From contig CAVUWV010000013.1 in NCBI GenBank assembly GCA_963745075.1, positions 161,585 through 225,584 of the forward strand: 64,000 nucleotides of DNA, in the 5' to 3' direction. The notes beneath the pieces were generated by a model, which was not told the DNA's origin, did not search any database, and saw only the letters and a program-made list of their open reading frames with translations. The DNA comes from Candidatus Hydrogenedentota bacterium (GTDB lineage: Bacteria > Hydrogenedentota > Hydrogenedentia > Hydrogenedentales > SLHB01). The position numbers and the translations under genes were made by a program. This document shows, one piece after another, positions 18,352 to 28,310 of the stretch (positions are counted from its first letter, which is position 1; each line of letters opens with the position of its first letter).

Positions 18352-19721
18352 TGCATCACGAAACAAAGATTGCCGTGCTTGGCGGCGGAGTGACCGGACT
18401 GTGCACGGCCCACTACCTGGCGAAGGCCTATGGCCGTGATGCGGTATTGCTGCTGGAAGCGTCAGACTACGTCGGCGGTACCACGCGGACCGACGCGGTC
18501 GACGGGTTTCTCCTCGACTGGGGTCCGAACGGGTTCTTGGATCGCGAGCCCCTCACGTTAGAGTGGGTGGAAGAACTGGGGCTGACCGGTCAACTGGTCC
18601 GCGCCGATGAATCGGCCGCGCGCCGCTTCATCATGAAGAACGACAAACTCGTCGAGATCCTGCCCCCGCCGAAATTCTTATTGACGTCGCTGTTGTCGCT
18701 TCCCGGCCGGGCACGACTCATGTGCGAACCGCTGATTCGGGGAAAGAAGGACGATACGCCGGAAACGATCTGGGACTTCGCCGCACGTCGCATCGGCAAG
18801 GAGGCCGCCGATACCCTCGTCGGTCCCATGGTCAGCGGCGTATTCGGCGGTGACGCCAAACAGCTTTCACTGGCGCATTGCTTTCCCCGCATGGCCGCCA
18901 TGGAGCGGGATTACGGCAGTCTACTCAAAGCGCTGATCGCGAAGAAGAAAGAAAACAGCGCCGCCAGTCCCGTCGGGCCCAGCGGCGTGTTGACGTCGTT
19001 TCAAGACGGCATCGGGTACTTGCCGGAACAGGCCGCGGCGCAACTCGGCGATCGTGCCCTGGCGAATATGCGCGCAACGTCGCTCGCGAAGGCGAACGGC
19101 TCGTATCAAATCCGGTGCGAAGACGGCACGACCGTGGATGCGCAGGCCGTGGTCGTGGCGACACCGGCCTTTACAGCATCCGGGATCGTTGCCGACCTCG
19201 ATCCGGCGCTCGCGAAGACGCTCGATGCGGTGGCCTACGCGAACATCGCCGTCGTGTGCACGGCCTTTCCCCGCGACGCGGTGGGGCACGATCTGGACGG
19301 GTTCGGGTTCCTCGTCCCGCGGACGCAGCAAAAGCGTATCCTCGGGTGTCTGTGGACGTCCTCGATCTTCCCCCATCAGGCACCGGAAGGCCACGTGCTG
19401 TTGCGCACCATGATTGGCGGATACACCGATCCCGACGCCATCGATTTGACCGATGGACAATTCATGGATTTGCTGCGGCGCGAGTTATACCCCCTGCTGC
19501 AAATCGAAGGCGAGCCGGAACTCCTGAGCGTCTTCCGGCATCGGCGCGGAATCCCCCAATACCTGCTGCACCACGGCGATTGCCTCGCCAACGTGGAAGC
19601 AGCAGAAGCGGCACACCAAGGGCTTGTTTTCGCGGGCAATGCCTATCGCGGGGTGGGACTCAACGATTGCGTCGTCTCGGCCCAACGGGCCGTCCGTCAG
19701 GTATCCGCCGCCTTGGCTTGA
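18351..19721 (+). CDS. hemY: FAD-dependent protoporphyrinogen/coproporphyrinogen oxidase (HemY type)
   Basis: GGGVTGL FAD motif, DWGPNGF, GFGFLVP, IPQY, GNAYRGVGLNDCV; TGATG overlap with hemN. Confidence 0.92.
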   Translation: MHHETKIAVLGGGVTGLCTAHYLAKAYGRDAVLLLEASDYVGGTTRTDAVDGFLLDWGPNGFLDREPLTLEWVEELGLTGQLVRADESAARRFIMKNDKLVEILPPPKFLLTSLLSLPGRARLMCEPLIRGKKDDTPETIWDFAARRIGKEAADTLVGPMVSGVFGGDAKQLSLAHCFPRMAAMERDYGSLLKALIAKKKENSAASPVGPSGVLTSFQDGIGYLPEQAAAQLGDRALANMRATSLAKANGSYQIRCEDGTTVDAQAVVVATPAFTASGIVADLDPALAKTLDAVAYANIAVVCTAFPRDAVGHDLDGFGFLVPRTQQKRILGCLWTSSIFPHQAPEGHVLLRTMIGGYTDPDAIDLTDGQFMDLLRRELYPLLQIEGEPELLSVFRHRRGIPQYLLHHGDCLANVEAAEAAHQGLVFAGNAYRGVGLNDCVVSAQRAVRQVSAALA

Positions 19722-20185
19722 ACCGGCTCGCCGGGTATTTGGTCTTCCCGAAGACGGCCGTCTCCCAGCAATTGCAGCATGACATCGCCGTCTTCCAGCA
19801 AATCCACCAGCGTGTATCGGTCCAGAACTTCGAAGAAGGCCTTGTTCGCTTCAATCAGAATATCTTTCAGCGAACAGGCCGGCGTAATGGGGCAGGTGTC
19901 GTGTTCGGGATCAAGACATTCCACCAGGTGAAAATTCGGTTCCACCTTGCGCACGACTTCTCCCAAGCCGATTAGTTCCGGAGATTGGGCCAGTTCCAAA
20001 CCGCCGCCTTTTCCCTGCATCGATCTGACGTATCCGAGATGCACGAGATTATTGGCGACCTTGCTGAGATGGTTACGGGATATGCCGAACCGTTCCGCGA
20101 TTTCCGCGATGGTTGCGGCCCGTTGCGAAGCCCCCAGAAAGACCAGGGTTCGCAACGAATAGTCCGTATAAAGTGTCAACTGCAT
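19697..20185 (-). CDS. nsrR: Rrf2-family regulator, NsrR-like
   Basis: MQLTLYTDYSLR, ISRNHLSKV, GKGGG, three Cys in ECLDPEHDTCPITPAC. Confidence 0.85.
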   Translation of the reverse strand: MQLTLYTDYSLRTLVFLGASQRAATIAEIAERFGISRNHLSKVANNLVHLGYVRSMQGKGGGLELAQSPELIGLGEVVRKVEPNFHLVECLDPEHDTCPITPACSLKDILIEANKAFFEVLDRYTLVDLLEDGDVMLQLLGDGRLREDQIPGEPVQAKAADT

Positions 20186-20244
20186 GGTACTGCCCCCCAA
20201 TGCCCGGCTTCGACCGGCATCCCCCAATGGCATTGTATTACGAC

Positions 20245-20292
20245 TTGACAATTCTTCACAACAAATCATAACAGGTATTTTTAATGCATGGT
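20245..20292 (+). promoter_or_regulatory. Putative promoter overlapped by an NsrR-type operator
   Basis: TTGACA (20245) N16 CATAAC; 20270-20292 reverse complement ACCATGCATTAAAAATACCTGTT resembles the 11-1-11 NsrR box. Confidence 0.6.
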
Positions 20293-20469
20293 ATCCTTCG
20301 ACTGATGGCCGGTCCGGGTCGTATGTAGCACGGACTTCACGAAGTTAGTAGGTCAAGGCAAACGACACACGTGCCACGCGAGAAGCCGGCATCTCTGTCT
20401 CCGCCTTGTCGGCGTCAGAGGTTGCGGGAACCGCGATTAGTCTCCTGTGCCGAATGGCCCACTGTTACG

Positions 20470-20868
20470 TCATAGCTCGCCACCCGCCTTCACCGGGATC
20501 GGCCGGGGGATGACGGTGAGCGCGGCGTCGTCGTTGGTGACGGTGAACACGAAGGTGCGCCCGCCGGAGAAGAGGACATTGTCGAATTCATACTGGTCGT
20601 CCGGAGCGGGCCGGTCGACGACGATCAGCACATCGAGCCGCGCAGTTTCGATATCGCCGAAAGCGCGGGACGCCCCAGGCGTGAGATCTTCCGGAAGCCA
20701 GTTCCCGCTCCACACCGGGTCCCCCGTGTACACGACCCGGAGTTCCGTGACGAGGTCGTCGGACTCGTTCACGATCCGCAGCGTATTGTCACGCAACGGA
20801 CACCCCGTACCTCCCAGTAACACAACGACACACATAAACACCATCGCAGCGGCACACAAACCTCGCAT
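20470..20868 (-). CDS. Hypothetical lipoprotein
   Basis: GGGAGG RBS; hydrophobic signal ending GTGC. Confidence 0.7.
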   Translation of the reverse strand: MRGLCAAAMVFMCVVVLLGGTGCPLRDNTLRIVNESDDLVTELRVVYTGDPVWSGNWLPEDLTPGASRAFGDIETARLDVLIVVDRPAPDDQYEFDNVLFSGGRTFVFTVTNDDAALTVIPRPIPVKAGGEL

Positions 20869-21173
20869 GACATACCTCCCGGAACGGACGGACCGCTCCC
20901 GCCAATGGCTACTGGACACACTACGGTTGAATCGAACGAATGGACGGCATCATGGATGGTTCCCCCGAAACCGCGGCTTGAGTCCCCACTTCAAGCACCT
21001 CCGGTAACGCAATAAACCTCACGCAGTACTATTGCGCCGATACCTACCACGGTACCACGATTCGGACGGGCGCGCAATACTGGGTAAAAAGGCGCTCTTC
21101 TCCGTCCCTCTCTTTCCTGTGCCGTGCCAAAACGCATACAATCGTCCCAAACGTCACAACAGGGGAGCGACTC

Positions 21174-23447
21174 ATGAGAACTCTTGGGGGAATCGTAGTC
21201 ACGGCATTCACGTTCGCCAACGCCGGCGTCGCGTATGGAATCACCTTGGCCAGCGACAGCGCATCCGAGTACACCATCGTGGTCGCGGACGGCGCCATCG
21301 TGCCGGAGCGCACGGCGGCGAAAGAACTGCAAGACCATCTCGCCGCGGTCACCGGGGTCACGATACCGGTCGTGGATGAGCGGGACGCGCCGTCCGGGGC
21401 TAAACTGATCATCCTCGGTCCATCGCAACGGTTGAAGACCGCGTTCCCCGACCTGGACCTGGATGCCCTCGGCCACGACGGCATCGTCATGAAGACGGTA
21501 GACGACACACTTTTCCTGGCCGGAGGCCGGCCGCGGGGGACCCTGTACGCGGTCTACACCTTTCTCGAAGACGTCGTCGGTTGCCGGTGGTGGACGTCCG
21601 CCGAGCAGTTCATCCCCTCGAAAGCGGTCCTGGAAATCCCCGTGCTGAACACGGTCTATACGCCCGCATTGCGCTATCGCGAGGCCTTCTACCGGGACGC
21701 GTTGAACGGCATCTTCGCTGCGCGCAGCAAGTGCAACGGCAACCACGACGGCGTACCCGACGAATACGGCGGTCACTACACGATCCTCGGCTGGTGCCAC
21801 ACCTTCTACCAGCTCCTCCCGCCGGACAAGTATTTTAAGGACCACCCCGAGTGGTATAGCGAAATCAACGGGCAACGCGTCGGCGAAGGCGCGCAGCTCT
21901 GCCTGACCAACGACGCCATGCGCGCGGAACTCACGAAGAACGCGTTGGAATGGATTCGCAAGAACCCGACGGCGGGCCTGATCTCCATCACACAGAACGA
22001 CTGCGGCGGAAACTGCCAATGCGCGAACTGTGCGGCCATCGAGCAAGAAGAAGGCGCGCCGTCCGGCCTGCTGGTGCAGTTTGTGAACCAAGTGGCCGAG
22101 GACATCGAAAAGGAATTCCCCGACATGCTGGTGGAGACGCTGGCCTACCAGTACACGCGCAAGGCCCCGTTGCATGTGCGACCCCGCGAGAACGTCGTGA
22201 TTCGGTTGTGCACCATCGAGTGCAGTTTTTCCGAACCGCTCGCCACGGCTCCCCGCAACGCGGACTTCCGCAACGACATCGAAGCCTGGAGCGCAATTGC
22301 CGGCAAGCTGTACGTATGGGACTACGTCACGAATTTCCGCCAATACCTGCTGCCGCACCCGAACATTCAATCGCTCGCGCCGAACATCCGCTTCTTCGTC
22401 GCGAACAACTGCATTGGATTGTTTGAACAGGGCGACACCGGTTCGTCTTGCGGCGAGTTCGTCGAACTGCGGGCCTGGGTGCTGGCGCATCTCATGTGGG
22501 ACCCGTCGCGCGATCCGAACGCGCTCATCGACGAATTCCTCGCCGGATACTACGGACCCGCCGCCTGGCCTTTGCGCCGGTACATCGATCGCATGAGCGA
22601 CGCCGTGTCGCGCGCAGACGTGCATTTCGGCTGCTTTCAGGACACGACGGCCGCGTGGCTCGGCATCGACGATTTGAACGCGGCCGAAGTAGACTTCGAA
22701 GCAGCCGAAGCCGCGGTGAGAGGCGAACGTGTATTGGAAGCACGCGTCCGCCGTGCCCGGTTGCCGCTGACCTACGCGTGGCTGAACCGGTACCAGGCGC
22801 TGAAGCGGTCCGCGCGCCTGCTGAATCGCCCCTTCGACGGCCCCGCCGATCCGGTGGCCGCTACCGAAGAGTTCATTCAAACCTGCGAAACGTTCAACGT
22901 CGGCAGCTACGCGGAAGGCCGACCCTTTTCCCAACTTGCCTCGGTGCTGCGGTCGCGGTTCAGCGCGGTGCAAGCGCCCGTGCCGGAGGTGTGCAAAGGC
23001 CTGCCCGAGAATCGATGGCTCGACATCCAAGACAACGAATTCCGCCTGACCGGCGTCGGCAATTGGGTCACAATTGTCGACGATCCCGCCGCGTCCGACG
23101 GCAAAGCCGCGCGCATGCCCGCGACCCACACGCAGTGGGCCGTCCAGTATCCCATCAGCGCCGACGTAGCGACCCCCGCGCCGCAGCATTGTTACCTTGC
23201 GGTCCGCTGCGACGCGAAAGCCGAGACCGGCGGCGCAATGCAGATCGGCATCTACGACACCTCGAAACCGGGTCCCGTCGCGCAGCAAACCGTGTCCATC
23301 GAGGCCACGGGGGACGGCTATACGCTCGCTGACCTCGGCGTTCACAAATTGACTCCGGACATGTACGTTTGGATCGCGCCGTTGAACGATCCCGATTCCG
23401 TGGACGCTGTATACGTGGATCGCCTCGTTCTTGTCCGCGAAGCATGA
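21174..23447 (+). CDS. DUF4838 domain protein (putative secreted glycoside hydrolase)
   Basis: Signal peptide, RGTLYAVYTFLE, GCRWW, HTFYQLLPP, QLCLTN, TLAYQYT, YVWDY, LMWDP. Confidence 0.85.
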   Translation: MRTLGGIVVTAFTFANAGVAYGITLASDSASEYTIVVADGAIVPERTAAKELQDHLAAVTGVTIPVVDERDAPSGAKLIILGPSQRLKTAFPDLDLDALGHDGIVMKTVDDTLFLAGGRPRGTLYAVYTFLEDVVGCRWWTSAEQFIPSKAVLEIPVLNTVYTPALRYREAFYRDALNGIFAARSKCNGNHDGVPDEYGGHYTILGWCHTFYQLLPPDKYFKDHPEWYSEINGQRVGEGAQLCLTNDAMRAELTKNALEWIRKNPTAGLISITQNDCGGNCQCANCAAIEQEEGAPSGLLVQFVNQVAEDIEKEFPDMLVETLAYQYTRKAPLHVRPRENVVIRLCTIECSFSEPLATAPRNADFRNDIEAWSAIAGKLYVWDYVTNFRQYLLPHPNIQSLAPNIRFFVANNCIGLFEQGDTGSSCGEFVELRAWVLAHLMWDPSRDPNALIDEFLAGYYGPAAWPLRRYIDRMSDAVSRADVHFGCFQDTTAAWLGIDDLNAAEVDFEAAEAAVRGERVLEARVRRARLPLTYAWLNRYQALKRSARLLNRPFDGPADPVAATEEFIQTCETFNVGSYAEGRPFSQLASVLRSRFSAVQAPVPEVCKGLPENRWLDIQDNEFRLTGVGNWVTIVDDPAASDGKAARMPATHTQWAVQYPISADVATPAPQHCYLAVRCDAKAETGGAMQIGIYDTSKPGPVAQQTVSIEATGDGYTLADLGVHKLTPDMYVWIAPLNDPDSVDAVYVDRLVLVREA

Positions 23448-23501
23448 GCGGGAGCGTCGCGCGTCGGCTCGGATTTCGTAGTCTTGCTCGGTGTATCCTT
23501 T

Positions 23502-23587
23502 GCCCCGAAGGGGCGAAACATGACAGCCCAGGGCAACGCCCTGGGAAATGTGTTGCCCATGTATGTAAGCCCTGAAGGGGCGAAACA
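23502..23587. repeat. REP-like element (GCCCYGAAGGGGCG type)
   Basis: Two GCCCYGAAGGGGCGAAACA units around the CCCAGGGCAACGCCCTGGG hairpin. Confidence 0.7.
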
Positions 23588-23716
23588 ACGGACCGCGAAC
23601 CACAGGTATTCAGGCGATTTCTTCCGCATGATTCATGGCGTGTGGCATCGGTCGCTAAACCGGAACACATAAAGAGAGCGAACATGAGACGTAAATGGAG
23701 TCAAGAGGTCAAGCGT

Positions 23717-25918
23717 ATGGTGGTGACGTTAACGTTGCTAAGTCTCGTTGTGCTCGCGGGAATTGAATTCGCATCGGCGGAAACCGCTGACACCGCAGTC
23801 TTGCCCTTCGAAACCTACCTCGCGCGTTGGTGGGGCGCGGAAGGCTCGGAATTGACCCGTCCAACGTACCGCATCGCCAAGATCGACAACGGCATCTTCC
23901 GCTTGCACTACGGCATCGTCCCTGGACGCGACCTGTCCGATTACACGATGCCTTATTGGCCGATTCGCAGCTTTCTCTCGATTGTGAGTGGGGACGCAGA
24001 ACTCGCGGAGCAATTCGACGTCCAGTTCACCGTGAATGGCGAAACCGAGGAGATCGGATTCACACCCCGGAGCGGGGTGGAACTTGCTGCGTTGAACAAC
24101 GTGCAGTTCCTGCGGGTGCGGAATCGCAGCACACAGTTCCCAGAGGACGCGACCATCCCCGAGAGCGTCGACTACGTCGAGACCAACGTCTGTTCCATCG
24201 AACAAACCTTTGCGTTGAAGCGAGACGATCCCACAATCCAGGTGCATTGTGCATTTGCAAACCTCGGGAAAGCGCCGTTTGCGCAGATGAACGCCCGCGT
24301 CAGCTATCAGCAGTCTTTTAACTGGGCGCGGTTCGGTGCCGTCCACAACGGGGCGTACGAAGACATCCAAGCGCCTTCGGAAGGTTCCGCGCCGGGTTTC
24401 TACGCGTGGTCGCCCGGGGTGCAACGCGGATACGAGTTCGTCGCCGGTACCGGGTGCGAGTTGAACTATCGTTTGGACAACGAATTGAATGCGTGGCACG
24501 TTACGCTGCACGCCGCGTCTACCGAGGATTCCCCGACCATGGAGTATTCGGTTCGGGTGATCTCCGAACCGCCGAGTCACTTGGACGTCCCTGTCACTGC
24601 ATTCACCGGCCCGCTGGATTTGCTCCACTTCACGCGCGTTCAACCCACCGAATACCGTTCCGCGCCGGTGAAATCGGACGGTCGCAGGACGATTTCGGAT
24701 ATGTTGCAGAATCTGAACGCGCCCAAAGTGCGCGGACTTAACCCGCGGGGAGGTTTCGCGCAAACGCCGGAAGATCTGAAAACGTTGAAGGAATGGGGAT
24801 GTAACCTCGTAATCCTCGGTCTCGGCGACCCGAACCAAGTGGCCAGACTGACCAAGGCCGCGCACGATTTGGGCATGGAAGTGCTGCTCGCGGGACATGG
24901 GAGTTTCAAAGAAGGCGAGCCGAAATTCGACACGCTTTTCGCGGAACTGCGGCCCCGCGCGCAGTTGCCGGATGCCTATGGACAGGACGAAGACCACTAC
25001 TACTGGTACGCCATTCAGCCTGCGCGCGATTTCGCCGGGCAATTCGGGAAACCCATGGGCGACGCGACACACGCGGAGGTAGTCGCATATTGGGCGGACT
25101 GTTTTGTCGACAAATGGCGTGGCTTGCGCGACGCAGTTACGGCGCATGTCCCTGATGCGGGCATCTGGTTTTACTCACCGTTCCCGAGCGTGGCTCATGT
25201 GGACCCGGTGGACAGCTATACGCCGTTTCTACAAACATTGTCCAAGATCGACGAGCGGCTGACAGTCTTTCCCTTCTACTACGGCATCGACTACAACCAG
25301 GCGGAGTATATGGTGCGGCGTTGGAAGGATGCCGGCGCGCCCCGCGTGGTATTCTTGCCCATGCGCGACTTCTTGACCAAGCCCAGCCAGTTCATTCGCG
25401 TGATTACCGCTGCGCGCCGCGGGCAGGCCGACGGCACCACGGGCTTCAGCTTCTCCGTCGGCGATGCGCCCGACAATGCGTGGCAATGGAAGTCGGTTAT
25501 GCTGGCGGCATGGGCGAATTTCCCCACACCGGACCTGGCTGCGTTTTGTTGTCTGGAAGAACCGGCCGAGTTGGTCGAACAGATCGCAATTTCGATTCTT
25601 AACGTCGAGGCCACCGAAGGCGAAGCTCGGGCACTCGTCGATTCGCTCAAGTCGGCCCGTGGCGATAAGGTGTTCGCCCCGAAGACCGATAATCGTGGCG
25701 GAAATACGTTGAAAGTTGCTCTGGAAGTCGTTCCGTTGGAAGGCATCGGCGGGATTCAAATCGACCGTGATGCGGTACCAGGGCAGAGCCAGGGATTCAT
25801 CCTGCAAGAAGGCGACACGGTTCGACTTATCGGCACAGACGCCACCGGTTTGCGCCGCGCCGCCGACTGGTTTGGCCGGTTCGTGGAACTCGCGGACGTT
25901 GAGCGTGGAACGGAGTGA
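23717..25918 (+). CDS. Large secreted hypothetical protein, possible glycoside hydrolase-like barrel
   Basis: Signal peptide; long uninterrupted ORF; alternating beta/alpha centre (LKEWGCNLVI, AHDLGMEV). Confidence 0.75.
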   Translation: MVVTLTLLSLVVLAGIEFASAETADTAVLPFETYLARWWGAEGSELTRPTYRIAKIDNGIFRLHYGIVPGRDLSDYTMPYWPIRSFLSIVSGDAELAEQFDVQFTVNGETEEIGFTPRSGVELAALNNVQFLRVRNRSTQFPEDATIPESVDYVETNVCSIEQTFALKRDDPTIQVHCAFANLGKAPFAQMNARVSYQQSFNWARFGAVHNGAYEDIQAPSEGSAPGFYAWSPGVQRGYEFVAGTGCELNYRLDNELNAWHVTLHAASTEDSPTMEYSVRVISEPPSHLDVPVTAFTGPLDLLHFTRVQPTEYRSAPVKSDGRRTISDMLQNLNAPKVRGLNPRGGFAQTPEDLKTLKEWGCNLVILGLGDPNQVARLTKAAHDLGMEVLLAGHGSFKEGEPKFDTLFAELRPRAQLPDAYGQDEDHYYWYAIQPARDFAGQFGKPMGDATHAEVVAYWADCFVDKWRGLRDAVTAHVPDAGIWFYSPFPSVAHVDPVDSYTPFLQTLSKIDERLTVFPFYYGIDYNQAEYMVRRWKDAGAPRVVFLPMRDFLTKPSQFIRVITAARRGQADGTTGFSFSVGDAPDNAWQWKSVMLAAWANFPTPDLAAFCCLEEPAELVEQIAISILNVEATEGEARALVDSLKSARGDKVFAPKTDNRGGNTLKVALEVVPLEGIGGIQIDRDAVPGQSQGFILQEGDTVRLIGTDATGLRRAADWFGRFVELADVERGTE

Positions 25919-26017
25919 ATGCTTACGGACAATTGTTCATAAGGAGACGGCCGGTGCTATCATGATGGTAGGCCGTAAATTGGGGGAACACGGTAGAACC
26001 GAGCGGGGGCGCCAGCC

Positions 26018-26890
26018 ATGCGAATCGGTTTCCACACAGACGCGTTTAATTCCTCGTACTGGAATTTTGAAAAGTGCCTGGAATGGGCGGAAAAAAACGA
26101 CGTTCATCTCATCGAATGCGGGCTCATTGACGGCGTAAGTTGGATTCACGGTTTGGGCTATCAACCTCACGTCGCGCTCTACGAAGACCCCTTGCTCCTT
26201 CGCGCGAAAATGGCGGGGTATGGGGTTCGCTTCTCGCAGGTCGATGCGGCGTATCCGTTGTCCGGCGCGGACGGTCCGATGCGCGGTCTGCCGTACGTGC
26301 TCAAGTCGATCCCCTGGGCGAAACATGCGGGTTGCGCGAACGTGGCCACCACGGACGGCCTCCACAAGCCCGAAGGGCTCTCCGATGACGAGGCCATGGA
26401 CCACATGAAGCGCAGCTACGAGCAAATCGTGCATTGCGCCGAGGCCTACGCGATGACCGTCAACATCGAGGTCCACGGCTACTTCACGACCAATCCGGAC
26501 CGCATGGCCGAGATGCTCGCTTTCTGTGACAGTCCCTACCTTCGCATGAACCTCGACACGGGCAACACGTTTATTGCGGGGCAGGATCCCGTGGCGTTCG
26601 CGAAGCGCTTTTTGAAGAAGGTAGCGCACGTGCATGTCAAAGATGTCAGTGAATCGTTGGCCGCCGCGGCGCGTGGCGAGCAGACCGGCATCGCCGTCAG
26701 TCATTGCGCCATCGGCGATGGCGTGAACGCGGATAACATCAAGCAGTGCCTCATGCTGCTGCGCGACCGCGGCTACGACGGTGTCCTCAGCATGGAATGC
26801 GAAGGCCAGGGCGGACCGCTCATCGAGCGTTCGCTGGCGTGGTTACGTAAGACGTTGGACGAATTGGGGATTGAAGAAGAGAAAGCCTGA
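26018..26890 (+). CDS. Sugar phosphate isomerase/epimerase (TIM barrel)
   Basis: NIEVHG, NLDTGN, HVHVKD, YDGVLSMECE. Confidence 0.9.
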   Translation: MRIGFHTDAFNSSYWNFEKCLEWAEKNDVHLIECGLIDGVSWIHGLGYQPHVALYEDPLLLRAKMAGYGVRFSQVDAAYPLSGADGPMRGLPYVLKSIPWAKHAGCANVATTDGLHKPEGLSDDEAMDHMKRSYEQIVHCAEAYAMTVNIEVHGYFTTNPDRMAEMLAFCDSPYLRMNLDTGNTFIAGQDPVAFAKRFLKKVAHVHVKDVSESLAAAARGEQTGIAVSHCAIGDGVNADNIKQCLMLLRDRGYDGVLSMECEGQGGPLIERSLAWLRKTLDELGIEEEKA

Positions 26891-26918
26891 GCGACGCGGG
26901 ATTTCAGGGGGATGCAGA

Positions 26919-28250
26919 ATGAACCATCGAAAAGGCCAATCACACGAAAATACGCGCAGAGATTTTCTGAAGGCCGCAGCCGGAGTCGTCATCGCGCCGA
27001 ACATCATTCCTTCGACAGCGTGGGGAGCGGCTGCGCCCAGCAATCGTTTGAACGTCGCCATCATTGGCTGCGGCGGTCGCGGTCGATCGCATGTCAATGG
27101 GCTGAAGGCCTTCGACAATGCGCGAATCGCCGTCACCTGCAACGTCAATGCCGTCAACCGCAACGTCGCCAAGAACATGGTCGATGAAATCAGCGGGACC
27201 ACGGACTGCGTTGCCATGCGCTACTTCGAGGCCGTTGCCACGCGTGACGATATTGACGCGGTCGTAATCGCGGTCCCGGACCACTGGCACGCCCTCATCG
27301 CCAACACGGTCGCCTATGGCGGCAAACACATCTATCTCGAGAAGCCTTTTTCCTACTCGATTGCAGAAGGACAATCTATTGTCGACGCCGTACGCCGCAA
27401 CGGCGTCGTTTTCCAGCACGGGACTCAGCAGCGGTCCGACCCCAACTATTGGCGCGCCTGCATGCTGGCCCGTAACGGACACCTGGGCAAGATTGAAACG
27501 GTCCGCGTGGGTTCGCCGTTCGGTTTGAAAGGCGGCAGCACGGATATGGTGCCGACGCCGGAGGGCCTCGACTACGACCGCTGGCTGGGTCCGGCGCCGT
27601 TCCAGGTCTACACGCCGCACCGCTGCGACGGCTCGGGCGGCGAGGGGTGGTACCACATTCGCGACTACTCCGGCGGGTGGATTACCGCCTGGGGTTCGCA
27701 CGACGTCGATATCGCGCACTGGGGCATCGGCGCGGATGATAGCGGACCCGTCGAGGTGGCCGGTGAAGCCGAGTTCGCCACGAGTGGCGTCTACGACACC
27801 GCCTGGCGGTGGCATTTCGATATGACCTACGCAGACGGCGCGAAAGTCGTCTACGCCAGCGAAGACGAAAACCCTCACGGCGTGAAGTTCGAGGGTTCGG
27901 AAGGGTCGATCTTCGTCAATCGCCAGAAGCTCGAAGCGGATCCCAAGTCGTTGCTTGAGATTCCGCTCGACGGCGATTCCGTTCAGTTGACCAAGGCCGA
28001 TAATCACATCGCCAGTTTCCTCGAAGCGATTCGGAACGGGACACCGGTCACGGCGCCCCTCGAAACCGCCCATCGCTCGACCACTGCGTGCCATCTCTGC
28101 AACATCGCGGCCGTCCTGAAACGCCCCGTTCGCTGGGACCCGGCGAACGAACAGTTTATCGACGATGCCGAGGCGACCGCGTTGATGTCTCGAACCATGC
28201 GCGAACCGTGGTCGCTGGACGAGCCCTGCCCGAATCCTGCTGCGGTGTAG
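26919..28250 (+). CDS. Tat-exported Gfo/Idh/MocA oxidoreductase
   Basis: TRRDFLK, IIGCGGRG, PDHWHA, YLEKP, GTQQRS, WLGPAP. Confidence 0.92.
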   Translation: MNHRKGQSHENTRRDFLKAAAGVVIAPNIIPSTAWGAAAPSNRLNVAIIGCGGRGRSHVNGLKAFDNARIAVTCNVNAVNRNVAKNMVDEISGTTDCVAMRYFEAVATRDDIDAVVIAVPDHWHALIANTVAYGGKHIYLEKPFSYSIAEGQSIVDAVRRNGVVFQHGTQQRSDPNYWRACMLARNGHLGKIETVRVGSPFGLKGGSTDMVPTPEGLDYDRWLGPAPFQVYTPHRCDGSGGEGWYHIRDYSGGWITAWGSHDVDIAHWGIGADDSGPVEVAGEAEFATSGVYDTAWRWHFDMTYADGAKVVYASEDENPHGVKFEGSEGSIFVNRQKLEADPKSLLEIPLDGDSVQLTKADNHIASFLEAIRNGTPVTAPLETAHRSTTACHLCNIAAVLKRPVRWDPANEQFIDDAEATALMSRTMREPWSLDEPCPNPAAV

Positions 28251-28310
28251 GGCCGTATGGCTTGTCCGCCGGGGTCGAGATCTACGGGTAGAAGTGGGGG
28301 AGTAGTTGCG

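Noticed and set aside
20350..20430. c-di-GMP-I riboswitch suggested by GGCAAAC
   Set aside because: The GAAA tetraloop stem and GACGCAAA elements are absent, and no co-oriented gene follows.
20991..23603. 870-aa minus-strand ORF, and similar long shadow ORFs (5321-6613, 23738-25147, 26940-28094)
   Set aside because: Antisense to well-supported genes; typical of high-GC codon bias; no motifs.
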